Shown here: positions 18,794 through 28,751 of the stretch, piece after piece
Layout: every line of letters begins with the position of its first letter
Numbering within the stretch: the stretch's first letter is position 1
Assembly (NCBI GenBank): GCA_963812135.1
Contig: CAWETU010000001.1
Location: 2,142,018 to 2,206,017 of the forward strand
DNA length: 64,000 nt
Direction of reading: 5' to 3'
Origin: Vulcanimicrobiota bacterium
GTDB taxonomy: Bacteria; Vulcanimicrobiota; Vulcanimicrobiia; Eremiobacterales; Eremiobacteraceae
Notes under the pieces: generated by a model
What the model was told of the DNA's origin: nothing
Seen by the model: only the letters and a program-made list of their open reading frames with translations
Database searches by the model: none
Position numbers and translations under genes: made by a program

Positions 18794-20239
18794 TCATCGC
18801 CGCTTTCGCGAGCTCGATCCGCGCGGTCCCTCGGTCCCTTTAAGCGAGGCGAGCGGCTCGAGTTCGTACTCGATCTCCGCCAGGCCCGCGTTGACGACGC
18901 AATCGACCACCTCGCGCGCCGGCTTATAGCATGGGCCGGATTCGTCGATCGGCACGCGGTTGTCAGCGTTGACCAAGATTCCGGCCGCGCGATAGCGATC
19001 CTCGATCTCGCGACGATCGAGGCATTGTATCGCGCGCGAGCGTGACAGCCGGCGGCCGGCGCCGTGATTGACGGAGAAGCCGCTGTTCTTGGCTGCCGGC
19101 AACGGCCGTAGGATGAAGCTGGAATCGAAATTGCTGCCCGGGATCAGCACGGGGTGGCCGGTCTGCTCCCACATCGTGCCCTTGAGCGCTGGATGCCCTG
19201 CCGGAAACGCGCGTGTCGCGCCTTTGCGATGCACCCATACCTGGCCGAATTCGGGGTGCTCTTCGAGCTGCACGAGATTGTGGCTGATCTCGTAGATCAA
19301 CTCGAGCGGCTCGCCGAACGTCTCTTCGAACGCCGCGCTGAGCTGTTCGTAGATGATGAGCCGATTGATGATCGCGAAGTTGCCGCCCGCTGAGACGGCG
19401 TTGAGGTATTGCCCGTGGTGGCGCGAGTCGGGCGTGAAGTGACCGAGGTCGAGCTGTGTGTTGCGGTCCGGCCTTTCGGCCTGCGCAAGATCGAAGTAGT
19501 TCGTCGCGAGACCATGGCCGAAGCCGCGGCTGCCGGTGTGCACCTGGACGAACAGCGTATCTGTCTGGATGCAGCGCTGCAGCTCGATGAAGTGATTGCC
19601 GCCGCCGAGGCTGCCCAGCTGTTTCACGCCGCGCTCGGGCCGTCCGCGACCGCCCCATGGGATCTGCCAATCCTCATCGACCGGCAAGCGATCGCGCTCG
19701 GTGCGGCTGCGGTCGACGTTCGAGCGATGATCCGCCATGTAGCATTCCGCGCCGCCGCGCACTAGGCGTTCGAATTCGTTCTCGCTCAGGCCGGCCAGCG
19801 CGCGGCTCTTGCCGCCAGCGCCCATCTCGATGCGCTCGATCACCGCGCGGTTGAACTGCAGGCGCTTGTCCGGCGTCGCCTCGCTCACCGGCACGTTCGA
19901 TCTTGCGGAGATCATGCCGCAGCCGATATCGTAGCCGACCGGACCCATCGCGACGGCGCCGTCTTTGGCATCGGTGAGGATGACGCAACCGACCGGCACG
20001 CCGTAGCCTGAGTGGACGTCGGGGGTGATGACGACGAGCTTCACGCCCGGGAATGCGGTCGCGTTGAGCACTTGCTGGTAGACTGTTTCGTCGATGTCCG
20101 CCAGCAGCGCGTCGCTCAGGAAGAAACGCACCTCCGTGCCGCGTGTCGCGTCGGTGCGCAACGAATAGAACCCGCGCTCGTCGCGGCGCAGGTCGTCCAT
20201 CCACGCCGGCCGTGCGGCGTTGCTCACTTCTTCGGACAT
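18794..20239 (-). CDS. rtcB: RNA-splicing ligase RtcB
   Basis: 481 aa with ITPDVHSGYG, GYDIGCGM, GSLGGGNHFIE, HTGSRGFGH and NHGAGR motifs. Confidence 0.9.
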   Translation of the reverse strand: MSEEVSNAARPAWMDDLRRDERGFYSLRTDATRGTEVRFFLSDALLADIDETVYQQVLNATAFPGVKLVVITPDVHSGYGVPVGCVILTDAKDGAVAMGPVGYDIGCGMISARSNVPVSEATPDKRLQFNRAVIERIEMGAGGKSRALAGLSENEFERLVRGGAECYMADHRSNVDRSRTERDRLPVDEDWQIPWGGRGRPERGVKQLGSLGGGNHFIELQRCIQTDTLFVQVHTGSRGFGHGLATNYFDLAQAERPDRNTQLDLGHFTPDSRHHGQYLNAVSAGGNFAIINRLIIYEQLSAAFEETFGEPLELIYEISHNLVQLEEHPEFGQVWVHRKGATRAFPAGHPALKGTMWEQTGHPVLIPGSNFDSSFILRPLPAAKNSGFSVNHGAGRRLSRSRAIQCLDRREIEDRYRAAGILVNADNRVPIDESGPCYKPAREVVDCVVNAGLAEIEYELEPLASLKGTEGPRGSSSRKRR

Positions 20240-20739
20240 AGGCCAGGCGGGATGGTGAGCGTGAGCGTCAGTTTGTTGTTGTCAAAGGTGTATTCATCGA
20301 ACCATGGTTTCGCGTTCACGGAGACGAGGAATTCGTGTTTCCCGCTGACGCCGGGCCGGCCGGGCAGATCGATGCGCACGGCTTGGGTCTGGCCGACGCC
20401 GATCGTGCCGAGCGTCGCGCCAGCGGTCCACCAGATGTCGGTGGTATCGGTGACGGTGACTGCTTTGTCCTCGGGGATCGGCTGGCTGTTGATGCTGCCG
20501 ATGTTGGTCACCCGCAGCAGAAACGAGATCAGCGGCTCGTCAGGCGTGCAGCGCGAAGCGATGACGTAGCCGGGACCGTCCGGCGGGTTTGGCCCGACGG
20601 TGAGGTCTGGTTGAGCACCAAGCGTCGCGCCCGAAGGGAAGCCGGCGGCGAGCGCGGTCGAGGCGGTTGCGAGGAGAGTCAACGCCAGCGCGATGACGGT
20701 CGAATAAATTCGACCGCTACATTTGCTAAGAGTTGGCAA
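20224..20739 (-). CDS. small secreted CARDB-like beta-sandwich protein. The proposed TTG start is at 20739
   Basis: Signal-like N-terminus MPTLSKCSGRIYSTVIALALTLLATASTALAAG, then 'LLRVTNIGS...VTVTD...TQAVRIDLPG..HEFLVSVN' (CARDB-like). The start is uncertain because the frame stays open upstream, antisense to the neighbouring gene. Confidence 0.5.
   Translation of the reverse strand: MPTLSKCSGRIYSTVIALALTLLATASTALAAGFPSGATLGAQPDLTVGPNPPDGPGYVIASRCTPDEPLISFLLRVTNIGSINSQPIPEDKAVTVTDTTDIWWTAGATLGTIGVGQTQAVRIDLPGRPGVSGKHEFLVSVNAKPWFDEYTFDNNKLTLTLTIPPGLCPKK
20698..20721 (+). repeat. REP-like palindromic element
   Basis: Exact GGTCGAATAAATTCGACCGCTACA. It lies 4 nt from the stop of 20726..21739 and inside the putative signal-peptide coding region of 20224..20739. 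Confidence 0.9.
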
Positions 20740-21739
20740 GGGCCACGCCCGCGCCGAGCGCCTGCAGTTTAGCGTACGCGACATCGCGGCGCATCGGTGC
20801 CATCCCGCAGTTGGTGGACGCGATGATGCGATCGTCCGGCAGATAACCGCGTGCGATGTTGAGCGTGGCAAGGACGTCTTCCGGCGTCTCGACATAATCC
20901 GTCGCGACATCGATGACCCCGACGGCCGCATCCTTACCGACAATAGCGCCGAGGACATGCGGCGGCACGTGCGAACCCGCAAGCTCGATCGAGATCTCAT
21001 CGATGCGCGTCCTCGAAAGCAGCGGCAACACCCGTTCGTACTGGTCCCACGTCGCGCCGAGCGACTGTTTCCACTCGATATTGGCCGCGATACCATAGCC
21101 GTAGCAGACGTGGACGGCGGTGCGGCAAGCCGCGTCGCGCACGCAGGCATCGATCGCCTCCATGCCCCATTGCTCGGCTTCGTCCAGATACGCGTTGAGC
21201 GCCGGCTCGTCGAGTTGCACCGTGTACACCCCGACGGCTTCGAGGCTGGCGATCTCCTCGCGGATCAGATCCGCAAATGCGAGCGCCAGCGAACGCCGGT
21301 CGCCGTAGTGCTCGTCGTACACCGTGTCGACGATCGTCATCGGTCCGGGCAGCGTCACTTTGAGCCGCCGCTTGGTGTGGCTGCGCGCGAACGTCGCTTC
21401 GTCCAGGTGCACGGAACCTTTGCGGCGCACCGGCCCGGTGATCGTGGGCACGTCCGCCTTGTAGCGGTCGGCGCGAATGCCGCGACGCGTCATCTTCGAG
21501 AAATCGACCCCATCGATGTGCTCCAAAAAACCATGCACGAAATGCCGGCGCGACTGCTCGCCGTCGGTGACATAGGTGAGGTTCGCCCGGTCTTGCTCGA
21601 AGAGCGCGATGCGCGTGGCGTCGCGCTTTGCGTCGGCCAGTTCCGCGCCGTCGAGTTGCCACTGCGGCCACAGCTTTTCGGGTTCGGCTAGCCACACCGG
21701 CTTGGGCAAGCTGCCGGCGATGGTCGAGCGGATGTCCAC
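20726..21739 (-). CDS. cobalamin-independent methionine synthase (MetE C-terminal domain)-like methyltransferase
   Basis: 337 aa with GSLPKP, TDGEQSR.HFV, VQLDEPAL, HVCYGY and STNCGMAP patterns of the short MetE-like family. Confidence 0.8.
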   Translation of the reverse strand: MDIRSTIAGSLPKPVWLAEPEKLWPQWQLDGAELADAKRDATRIALFEQDRANLTYVTDGEQSRRHFVHGFLEHIDGVDFSKMTRRGIRADRYKADVPTITGPVRRKGSVHLDEATFARSHTKRRLKVTLPGPMTIVDTVYDEHYGDRRSLALAFADLIREEIASLEAVGVYTVQLDEPALNAYLDEAEQWGMEAIDACVRDAACRTAVHVCYGYGIAANIEWKQSLGATWDQYERVLPLLSRTRIDEISIELAGSHVPPHVLGAIVGKDAAVGVIDVATDYVETPEDVLATLNIARGYLPDDRIIASTNCGMAPMRRDVAYAKLQALGAGVALANS

Positions 21740-21743
21740 GACG

Positions 21744-22199
21744 CTAGACGCGCGTTTTGCCGGCGGTCGCCGCGTTGCGCTCGAGGCGCGCGACGTCGTC
21801 GGGCGTCGCGGGTTGTGCGCGATCGCGCTGCGCGTCGACGATGCAGAGAAAGCCGAACGGCGCGTCGCCGGTGTTGACGAATTGATGCAACGTCATCGGA
21901 CCGACGTAGATATGATCGAGATTCTCGATGGGGTGCACGGCGTCGCCGACGATCGCGTAACCTTCGCCGCGGATCACCGTCACCGAATGGATGTGTTCGT
22001 GGCGTTCCAGGCGGGTGAAGCCGCCGGGCTCCACTTCGAAATAGCGCAGCTGGAACTGGGAGGGCTCGCCGTTCGCGCCCGAGATGATGTGGCGCGTGAC
22101 GCCGCGGAAACCCTCGCCGTCGCTCTCGCCGGTCGCCTTGTAACCCGCGGCCTGGACGCCTTCCCACGAGAATTCACTGGAATGGAATTTGTGTTTCAT
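21744..22199 (-). CDS. cupin-domain protein
   Basis: ATG at 22199 with ATGA overlap to the upstream ADH. Cupin motif FEVEPGGFTRLERHEHIHSVTVIRGEG. Confidence 0.8.
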   Translation of the reverse strand: MKHKFHSSEFSWEGVQAAGYKATGESDGEGFRGVTRHIISGANGEPSQFQLRYFEVEPGGFTRLERHEHIHSVTVIRGEGYAIVGDAVHPIENLDHIYVGPMTLHQFVNTGDAPFGFLCIVDAQRDRAQPATPDDVARLERNAATAGKTRV

Positions 22200-23281
22200 G
22201 CGCGCCCCGGATAGACGATGACTTTGAGCGCGTCCGTGCCGGCGGCCACGAGACGATATGCTTGCGCGATATCGGCGAGACCAAAACGGTGGGTGACCAG
22301 CGAGCGCAGCGGCAGACCGTCGGCGAGGAGCTCGAGCGCTTCGCGCGTGTCGTTCGGCCCCGCGGAGTAGCTCGTGATGACGCTGATGTCTTTGAAATAG
22401 AAATCGTGGACGGGCAGCGGCCAGTATTCGGTCGCTTGCGTGGGCGTGAACAGCACGATCTTGCCGCCCGGTGCGACGCACAACGCGGCTGCGCGCATGG
22501 CTTCGACCGAACCAGGCCCGACGATCACGACGTCTGCGCCCTCGCCGTCGGTGGCCGCCAGCACCTGTTCGTGCAGCGGCGAATGCTCGATGTCGAAGGC
22601 GTGATGGACGCCGTGCTCTCTGGCCGCGTCGAGGCGCGCGCGAACCCGATCCGCGCCCATGATGAGCTCGGCGCCGCGAAAGCGGGCGAGCGCGACGTGC
22701 AACATACCCATGACGCCAAGACCGATCACCAGCACGCGGTCGCCGGCGCGCAGGCCGCTACGGCGGATCGACTTCACGACGGTGGCCAGCGGCTCGACCA
22801 TGGTGGCGAGGTCGTCGTCGAGCGAGTCGGGGATGCGCAAGACATCGGCGCGCACGCTTTCCGCCGGCACGATCGCGTATTGCGCCATGCCGCCAGGGCG
22901 CAGTCTGCTGCTGCGCCAGGTCTCGCATTGGACATAGTCTTTGCGCTTGCAGCGCCGGCAGGTCATGCACGGCGCGTGATGGTGGACGAAGACGCGCTCG
23001 CCCGCGGCAAAGGGGATAACGCCGTTCCCGTGATTGGTCGATCCGTTCGCGGATGGAGCCGCGCCTTCGCCACACGCCTCGATGACCGCCACGGGTTCGT
23101 GGCCGAGCACGAAGGGGGCCTTACGATCGTTGTACCAGCCCATCACTTCGCCGGGGCAGATGCCGCAGGCGGTGACGCGCACCAACAGTTCGCCGTGTTC
23201 GAGGGGGCTGAGATCGACGTCGCGCACGTCTATGTCGCCGCCCTTTTGATAGACGGCCGCTCGGGTGGTTGTGGGCAACAT
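22196..23281 (-). CDS. zinc-dependent medium-chain alcohol/polyol dehydrogenase
   Basis: ATG at 23281 with CGICPGE and GHEPVAVI motifs. Structural-Zn cysteines CMTCRRCKRKDYVQC and Rossmann motif VIGLGVMG. Confidence 0.85.
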   Translation of the reverse strand: MLPTTTRAAVYQKGGDIDVRDVDLSPLEHGELLVRVTACGICPGEVMGWYNDRKAPFVLGHEPVAVIEACGEGAAPSANGSTNHGNGVIPFAAGERVFVHHHAPCMTCRRCKRKDYVQCETWRSSRLRPGGMAQYAIVPAESVRADVLRIPDSLDDDLATMVEPLATVVKSIRRSGLRAGDRVLVIGLGVMGMLHVALARFRGAELIMGADRVRARLDAAREHGVHHAFDIEHSPLHEQVLAATDGEGADVVIVGPGSVEAMRAAALCVAPGGKIVLFTPTQATEYWPLPVHDFYFKDISVITSYSAGPNDTREALELLADGLPLRSLVTHRFGLADIAQAYRLVAAGTDALKVIVYPGRA

Positions 23282-23353
23282 GGAAGCTCTTAGGTTCGCG
23301 CTCGCGCACGCATCCCCCCGCGCTGCAGCAGCACAGGGGGACACGGTTAAGCC

Positions 23354-23989
23354 TTAAGCGATACCCGACTTGAGCGCGTACACCGCGGCCTGCGTCCGCG
23401 CGGTGACGTTGATCTTGCTGAAGATCCGGCTGATGTGGTTCTTCACGGTTTTTTCGCTCAGATACAGCTTGCCGGAGATCTGCCGATTGGACAGGCCCAG
23501 CGCGATCAGCCTGATGACTTCCGTTTCTCGCTCGGACAGCTCGGATGGGTCGTTGCGCAGCCGGCGATTGTTAAGCCGCCGCAACATGTTGCCCGCAAGA
23601 CTCGGATCGACGTACACGTTGCCGTCGAAGATCGAAATCAGCGCACGCGCGAGGTCCTCCATCGCGATGTCCTTGACGACGTAGCCCTCGAGGCCGAACA
23701 GAAGGCTGCGCGTGAGCAGGTCTTGCTGGGGCTGCATCGAGAGAATGCAGATCTTGGTGCCCGGACATGCTTCGCGCATGTACTTGATGGCCTCGACCGG
23801 GTCGCCTTTGTGAAAATCGACGTCGAAAAGTATGACGTCTGGCCGGCTCGCGGCGGCGGTCTCGACATCGCTCATGCCATTGCATCCAGCAACCGTCACA
23901 AAGCGATCGTCGGCCATCAACAACTGACAAATGGCTTTGCGGAACAACACCTGTGGCTCGATGACCGCTATTCGCACTCGCTCACTCAT
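23354..23989 (-). CDS. NarL/FixJ-family response regulator (receiver + LuxR HTH)
   Basis: Receiver motifs DVILFDVDF, ILSM and VVKD. HTH segment LSERETEVIRLIALGLSNRQISGKLYLSEKTVKNHISRIF. Confidence 0.85.
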   Translation of the reverse strand: MSERVRIAVIEPQVLFRKAICQLLMADDRFVTVAGCNGMSDVETAAASRPDVILFDVDFHKGDPVEAIKYMREACPGTKICILSMQPQQDLLTRSLLFGLEGYVVKDIAMEDLARALISIFDGNVYVDPSLAGNMLRRLNNRRLRNDPSELSERETEVIRLIALGLSNRQISGKLYLSEKTVKNHISRIFSKINVTARTQAAVYALKSGIA

Positions 23990-24341
23990 GGTAGAAAGCT
24001 CCGAGTCTAAAGCTCCAAAAGAGGGCTTGGGCAGGCACCCCGGGGGAAACGAAACTCATCCGAATCCATCCAATCTCGGGATTCGGGACGCTTGGCCGCA
24101 CCCAGAACGCGGTTTTTTTCTATTCTACGGCTTTTTTAATGTAGCCGACCCGTGCCGGCGCCCCAACGACGTTGGGATGTCACACTTGTAGAGTAACGTG
24201 TATCACATATACAGGTACTCCGAACACCCCGTAAACACGGCATTTGGGTCTGTTTGTCCAGGTTTTCAGTGCGAAGGGTCACGAAATTGGGACTTTCGGG
24301 TCATACCGGGGGGACGGTCATGACGCTAACGGAGCTTCGCT

Positions 24342-24974
24342 TTGGGTACAGGAAAAGAGTCGTTACCCCCAATTCGATCGGAGTCTAGCGGCCCGGTTGA
24401 TTTTGACGCGCGCCTGGATTCTGACGGGCGCGTCGACTCGGCGCTCGAGGGAGCGATCCGGCGGCGTGAGATCGCAGCCATCGTCGTCGATTCGGACAAC
24501 GGCGTGGCGCTTGCCAACGCTCCAGGGATCGAGCAGCTCAAGCTTTTGGCTCCGCAGGGGATGGTGCGCCAGGGCCTCCCCCTACCGGAAGACGTCGCGC
24601 GACTCGCCGACGGACTGCGCGACGATCTCAAGCGCACCGGATCGACGGAATCGTCGCAGCTGACGCTTGCGAGCGGCTTTTGTCTGCGCGCTTCCCTTTT
24701 GGGAGGACAGACCAAACCGTATCTGCTCATGCTGTTCGAACCGGCCTCGCGGCTGGACGAGCGCAACCTGTCGCGCAGAGAGCTTGAAGTCGCGACGCTC
24801 ATCCTCAACGGGCTGTCGAATCGCGAGATCGCATCGAAACTGTCGCTGGCCCCCAACACCGTCGAGGGACACCTCAAGCGCATCTTCACGAAGATGCAGG
24901 TGCACACGCGCGCCGGTCTGGTGGCGAAGATGCTGGGATGGCCGTCTGAGGGCAGGCCGGACGCGACCGCTTAG
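24342..24974 (+). CDS. LuxR-family HTH transcriptional regulator (unassigned N-terminal domain)
   Basis: C-terminal LSRRELEVATLILNGLSNREIASKLSLAPNTVEGHLKRIF. TTG start is uncertain. First gene of the polysaccharide locus. Confidence 0.7.
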   Translation: MGTGKESLPPIRSESSGPVDFDARLDSDGRVDSALEGAIRRREIAAIVVDSDNGVALANAPGIEQLKLLAPQGMVRQGLPLPEDVARLADGLRDDLKRTGSTESSQLTLASGFCLRASLLGGQTKPYLLMLFEPASRLDERNLSRRELEVATLILNGLSNREIASKLSLAPNTVEGHLKRIFTKMQVHTRAGLVAKMLGWPSEGRPDATA

Positions 24975-24977
24975 CGC

Positions 24978-25418
24978 TTAGCGCCCGCCCCCACGCCCGA
25001 CCGCTCGCGCGCCCGCAAGCGCTCCGCCGATCGCGCCTCCGATAAGACCGCAAACCACATCGAATGATTGCTGGGCCAGCGTCTCGTGCGCGCCCGAATA
25101 CAGCCATTGGCCGAGTTCGATGAAGGCGCTGTAGAGACCGACGCCAAGCGCGATGCCGAGTACGCTTCGGAGCGAGCGTCGCACGTGCAGCGTCCGCGCC
25201 AGCACGAACCCGATCAGCGCGAACGCGACGACGCTGTACGCTTTGCGCAGCAGCACATGGAACGTCAACCACGATGGCGAGGTCGCCTCGTACGCCGCAT
25301 TGGAGATCGCGACGGCGAAGAGGCCGATCATGAGCGTCGCGCACAACACGGGCCACAACCACGATCGAGAGCGCGACGGCGGGTTCACTAAGCCGGAATT
25401 GACTGCAGCGGGGCGCAC
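24978..25418 (-). CDS. VanZ-like membrane protein
   Basis: 146 aa with 4 TM. 'SAFIELGQWLYSG..QSFDVVCGLIGGAIGGAL' resembles the VanZ family. Confidence 0.6.
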   Translation of the reverse strand: MRPAAVNSGLVNPPSRSRSWLWPVLCATLMIGLFAVAISNAAYEATSPSWLTFHVLLRKAYSVVAFALIGFVLARTLHVRRSLRSVLGIALGVGLYSAFIELGQWLYSGAHETLAQQSFDVVCGLIGGAIGGALAGARAVGRGGGR

Positions 25419-25564
25419 GTCCGCTTTTGCGCGCCGTCAAGCACCATAGGCCCTTCGCATGGGACCTCTGGACCGCCGACCGAAAGTCAAGCGGGCCGAC
25501 AGGCCTGCGTCGAGGGGGCGTTACGGTTCTTTGGCGCCGACCAGGCCTGGAGTAAGATGGGCCT

Positions 25565-26497
25565 GTGTTGGGTTTCCTCTTCGCGCTTGCCGTGCTCGGC
25601 ACGTCCGCGGCATCGCCGGTTCCGTCCCTTCCGTCGCTTCCATCCACTCCCGGAGTCCAGGCGCCGCAAGATCCCGGACCGAGCAACGAACCATATCGCA
25701 TCCATGCGGCCGATCAGCTCGCCGTGGAGGTGTTCGGCGACGCGACGCTCTCGCAGACAGTGACGGTTTTGCCAGGCGGAGACATCTTCTATCCGCTGGT
25801 CGGCCGCATCCATCTCGACGGGCTCACCCCGGAGGAAGCGGCCGCGCGGATCGGCGGCGCGCTGCACAAATATGTCCGCCAACCGATCGTCACGGTCTCA
25901 GTGGTCGCGCAAGGACCGATCGGCGTGCTCGTGCTCGGCGACGTAAAAAATCCCGGCAAGTACCTGCTGCCTGCGACATCGCGCGTCTCTGACGCGCTGG
26001 CGGCTGCGGGCGGACTAGCGCCGATCGACGGCGACTTTCCGATCGCCCGAATCGCCAGCGTTTCCGGCGACATCCATCAGGTCTCGCTGCAAAAACTCTT
26101 CCACGACGGGGATACGTCGGTCGACATGCGTTTGGCGAACGGCGCGACGCTCTACGTGCCCGCACCCGCGCTGTTCAGCGTGGAAGTGCTGGGCAGCGTC
26201 GACCGGCCGGGCGAGATCATGCTGCATGAAGGCGACAAATTGGCGATCGCGATCGCCAAAGCCGGCGCGAGCCCGAACACAAACCCCGATCTCAACAACA
26301 TCCAGGTGAAACGCACCATGGCGGACGGCAGCACGGCAAATTACACGGTCAACCTGTATCAAGCGCTGAGCAGCCAAGACGTCGCCAAAGACCTGACCAT
26401 GCAAAAAGGCGACATCGTCTACGTGCCGCAGGCGAAGAAGCCGATGGGCAACGGTTTGTTGGGCATCTTCACGACTTTGCTCTTGCTCGTCAAGTGA
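25565..26497 (+). CDS. polysaccharide export protein (Wza-like: Poly_export + SLBB domains)
   Basis: YRIHAADQLAVEVFGD..LSQTVTVLPGGDIFYPLVGRIHLDGLTPEEAA is followed by two SLBB-like units. Has a signal-like N-terminus. Confidence 0.85.
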   Translation: MLGFLFALAVLGTSAASPVPSLPSLPSTPGVQAPQDPGPSNEPYRIHAADQLAVEVFGDATLSQTVTVLPGGDIFYPLVGRIHLDGLTPEEAAARIGGALHKYVRQPIVTVSVVAQGPIGVLVLGDVKNPGKYLLPATSRVSDALAAAGGLAPIDGDFPIARIASVSGDIHQVSLQKLFHDGDTSVDMRLANGATLYVPAPALFSVEVLGSVDRPGEIMLHEGDKLAIAIAKAGASPNTNPDLNNIQVKRTMADGSTANYTVNLYQALSSQDVAKDLTMQKGDIVYVPQAKKPMGNGLLGIFTTLLLLVK

Positions 26498-26513
26498 AAG
26501 CATTGGGTTTCTA

Positions 26514-28751
26514 GTGCGTAAGCAGCTCCCGCACCCGCCCCAGGACGACGGCGACGACGACGAGATGGCGCTCGCGATCACCGACCATCGCCAAAAGGTC
26601 GTGCTCGGGCGGACGTATCCTCAGATGATGCAGGACGAACGCCACGCGCCGGACTTCGAATTCTTCCGCAACCTGTTCTATCGCCGGCGCAACGTCTTTT
26701 TCACGATCGCCGGCGGGTTTTTGGCGATCGTCATCGTGCTCACGTTGCTCTCTCCGAAGACCTATACCACTACGACGAAACTCATCGTCGGCAATTCCGG
26801 CAGCGGCGCAAGCGCGCAGGCCGGCAACGCCGACACGTCGCTGCCCGTCGTCAACGCGCTGGTCGGCGCTGCCGGCGTGCGCACGCCCGAGACCTACGTC
26901 GAACTCATCCAGGAGATCCCGGTCGCACAGCGCGTCATCGACAATCTCAACCTGCAGACGTCGGCGAAACGGCTGCTTGCAGGTGTGGTCGCAAAACCCG
27001 TGACCGACACGCAGATCATCGAATTGTCGGTCGCCTGGAAGGATCCGCAGACATCCGCGGCTATCGCCAACGAGTTCGGCGCCGTCTTCGTCGACCGCGA
27101 GCGCGAGCTCATCGGCGATCAGGCGACCTCGGCGCTGAAAATGCTGTCCACCAAGATCCCGGATGCGTACGCCGACCTTCAGAAGCAGGAAGTAGTGCTA
27201 GCCGATTACGAGCGCACGCACACCGGCGCGTTCGTCAACGGCCAGACGATGGGCGTGGTCACCAATCTCTCAAGCCTGCAAACCCGTCTCGCGGCAGTCC
27301 AGGTCGACGAGAGCCAAGCCAAGGCGGCGCTCGCGGACGTGCAAAGCCAGCTCGGCTCGACGTCCTCGACGGAGAACGCCGCGACCCAGTCGACCGTGAA
27401 CCCCGTCGTCGCCGGATTGCAGCAACAGCTCGCTCAGGTGAGCGGCCAGCTCGCCGCCGCGCGCCGGCAGTACACGGACGTGCACCCGGTCGTCATCGCG
27501 CTGCGCGAGCAAGAGACGCAGTTGAAGAACCAGATCGCCGCATTGCCGCCGGACATCGTGGCGGCGCGAACGGTCGCGATGAGTCCGACGTTCGAAAAGC
27601 TGCGCGAGCAGGGGGCGACGCTCGAGGCGCAGATCGCCGCCGATCAAGCGCAGGAAAAAGAACTCGCGGCGCAAGGCAAGCAGCTGATGGGCACGGTCAA
27701 GAACTTGCCGACCGAGGCCCTAGCGCTGGCGGAGCTGCAACGTAAGGAAAAGCTCTCCGAGGAAGTCTACACGACGCTCGAGCGGCGCTACAACGAAGCG
27801 CTCATCGCCAAGACCGCGTCATTGAGCGATGTGTCGATCACGCAGCCTGCGCTGCCCGAGCTGGCGATCAAGCACCCGAGCCTGACCACCAACGGATTGA
27901 TCGGCTTGATCATCGGCCTGGTGCTCGGCATCACGGGTGTCTTCCTCGTGGAGTACTTCGACAACACGATCAAGGACGAGGCCGACGTCGCGCGGCAGGT
28001 GCCGCTGCCCGTGCTCGCGACCGTGCCGCGCGTCACCGAAAAAGGCGTCAAAGAGCTGCCGTGGCTGCGGACGATGACCGCGGACGCCTTCTTGCAGCTC
28101 ATCTCGGCGCTGCGCTACTCCTCCGATGAAGAGATCCGCACGTTGGCGGTGACGAGCCCGCTCGAGGGCGACGGCAAGTCGACGATCGCGCTCAACTTCG
28201 CCATTGCGCTCGCCGATGTCTCGCCCGGCGGCGCACTCATCATCGACGCCGACCTGCGGCGACCGACCCTGCACCATCGGTTGACGGTGGACGATCCATC
28301 GCGTGGCCTGTCCGACGTGCTGGTCGGCTCTCTCTCATTCGACGATGCGGTGCAGAAAACCAAATACAAAGGCCTGTCAGCGCTGGTCGCCGGACCCGCC
28401 GTCCCCAACCCGATGCGCCTGTTCCAAACCGACCGCTTCGAGCGACTGTGCGACGAGATGAAGGAGAAATTCCCGATCGTCATCATCGACACGCCCGCGC
28501 TCATGGCGGTGTTCGACGGCACGCTCATCGCCTCGAAGGCCGACGGAACCGTCGTGGTCATCGCGTCCGGCCACACCGACGTGCGCTCGACGAATCGCGC
28601 CATTGAACGGCTGTCGTCGTTCGGCTCGCCGAACCTGCTCGGCATCATCCTCAACCAGGTCCCACCGCATTCGCATCAGTACGGCTACTACGCCAAACCG
28701 CGCGAACCGCTGCAGCTGCAAGACAGCATCACGCCGGCCCCCGTCGCATGA
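26514..28751 (+). CDS. polysaccharide co-polymerase / tyrosine autokinase (Wzc/GumC-like)
   Basis: Wzz-type TM, long coiled-coil periplasmic region and a second TM. P-loop domain SPLEGDGKSTIALNFA, IIDADLRRP and VIIDTPAL, with a Tyr-containing tail QYGYYAKP. Confidence 0.9.
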   Translation: MRKQLPHPPQDDGDDDEMALAITDHRQKVVLGRTYPQMMQDERHAPDFEFFRNLFYRRRNVFFTIAGGFLAIVIVLTLLSPKTYTTTTKLIVGNSGSGASAQAGNADTSLPVVNALVGAAGVRTPETYVELIQEIPVAQRVIDNLNLQTSAKRLLAGVVAKPVTDTQIIELSVAWKDPQTSAAIANEFGAVFVDRERELIGDQATSALKMLSTKIPDAYADLQKQEVVLADYERTHTGAFVNGQTMGVVTNLSSLQTRLAAVQVDESQAKAALADVQSQLGSTSSTENAATQSTVNPVVAGLQQQLAQVSGQLAAARRQYTDVHPVVIALREQETQLKNQIAALPPDIVAARTVAMSPTFEKLREQGATLEAQIAADQAQEKELAAQGKQLMGTVKNLPTEALALAELQRKEKLSEEVYTTLERRYNEALIAKTASLSDVSITQPALPELAIKHPSLTTNGLIGLIIGLVLGITGVFLVEYFDNTIKDEADVARQVPLPVLATVPRVTEKGVKELPWLRTMTADAFLQLISALRYSSDEEIRTLAVTSPLEGDGKSTIALNFAIALADVSPGGALIIDADLRRPTLHHRLTVDDPSRGLSDVLVGSLSFDDAVQKTKYKGLSALVAGPAVPNPMRLFQTDRFERLCDEMKEKFPIVIIDTPALMAVFDGTLIASKADGTVVVIASGHTDVRSTNRAIERLSSFGSPNLLGIILNQVPPHSHQYGYYAKPREPLQLQDSITPAPVA

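Noticed and set aside
23354-23989. Atypical or pseudo-receiver in the NarL-type regulator (EP instead of the usual DD acidic pair)
   Set aside because: The phospho-acceptor Asp (LFDVDF), the Ser/Thr and the Lys positions are present. One substitution judged by eye is insufficient to call it atypical.
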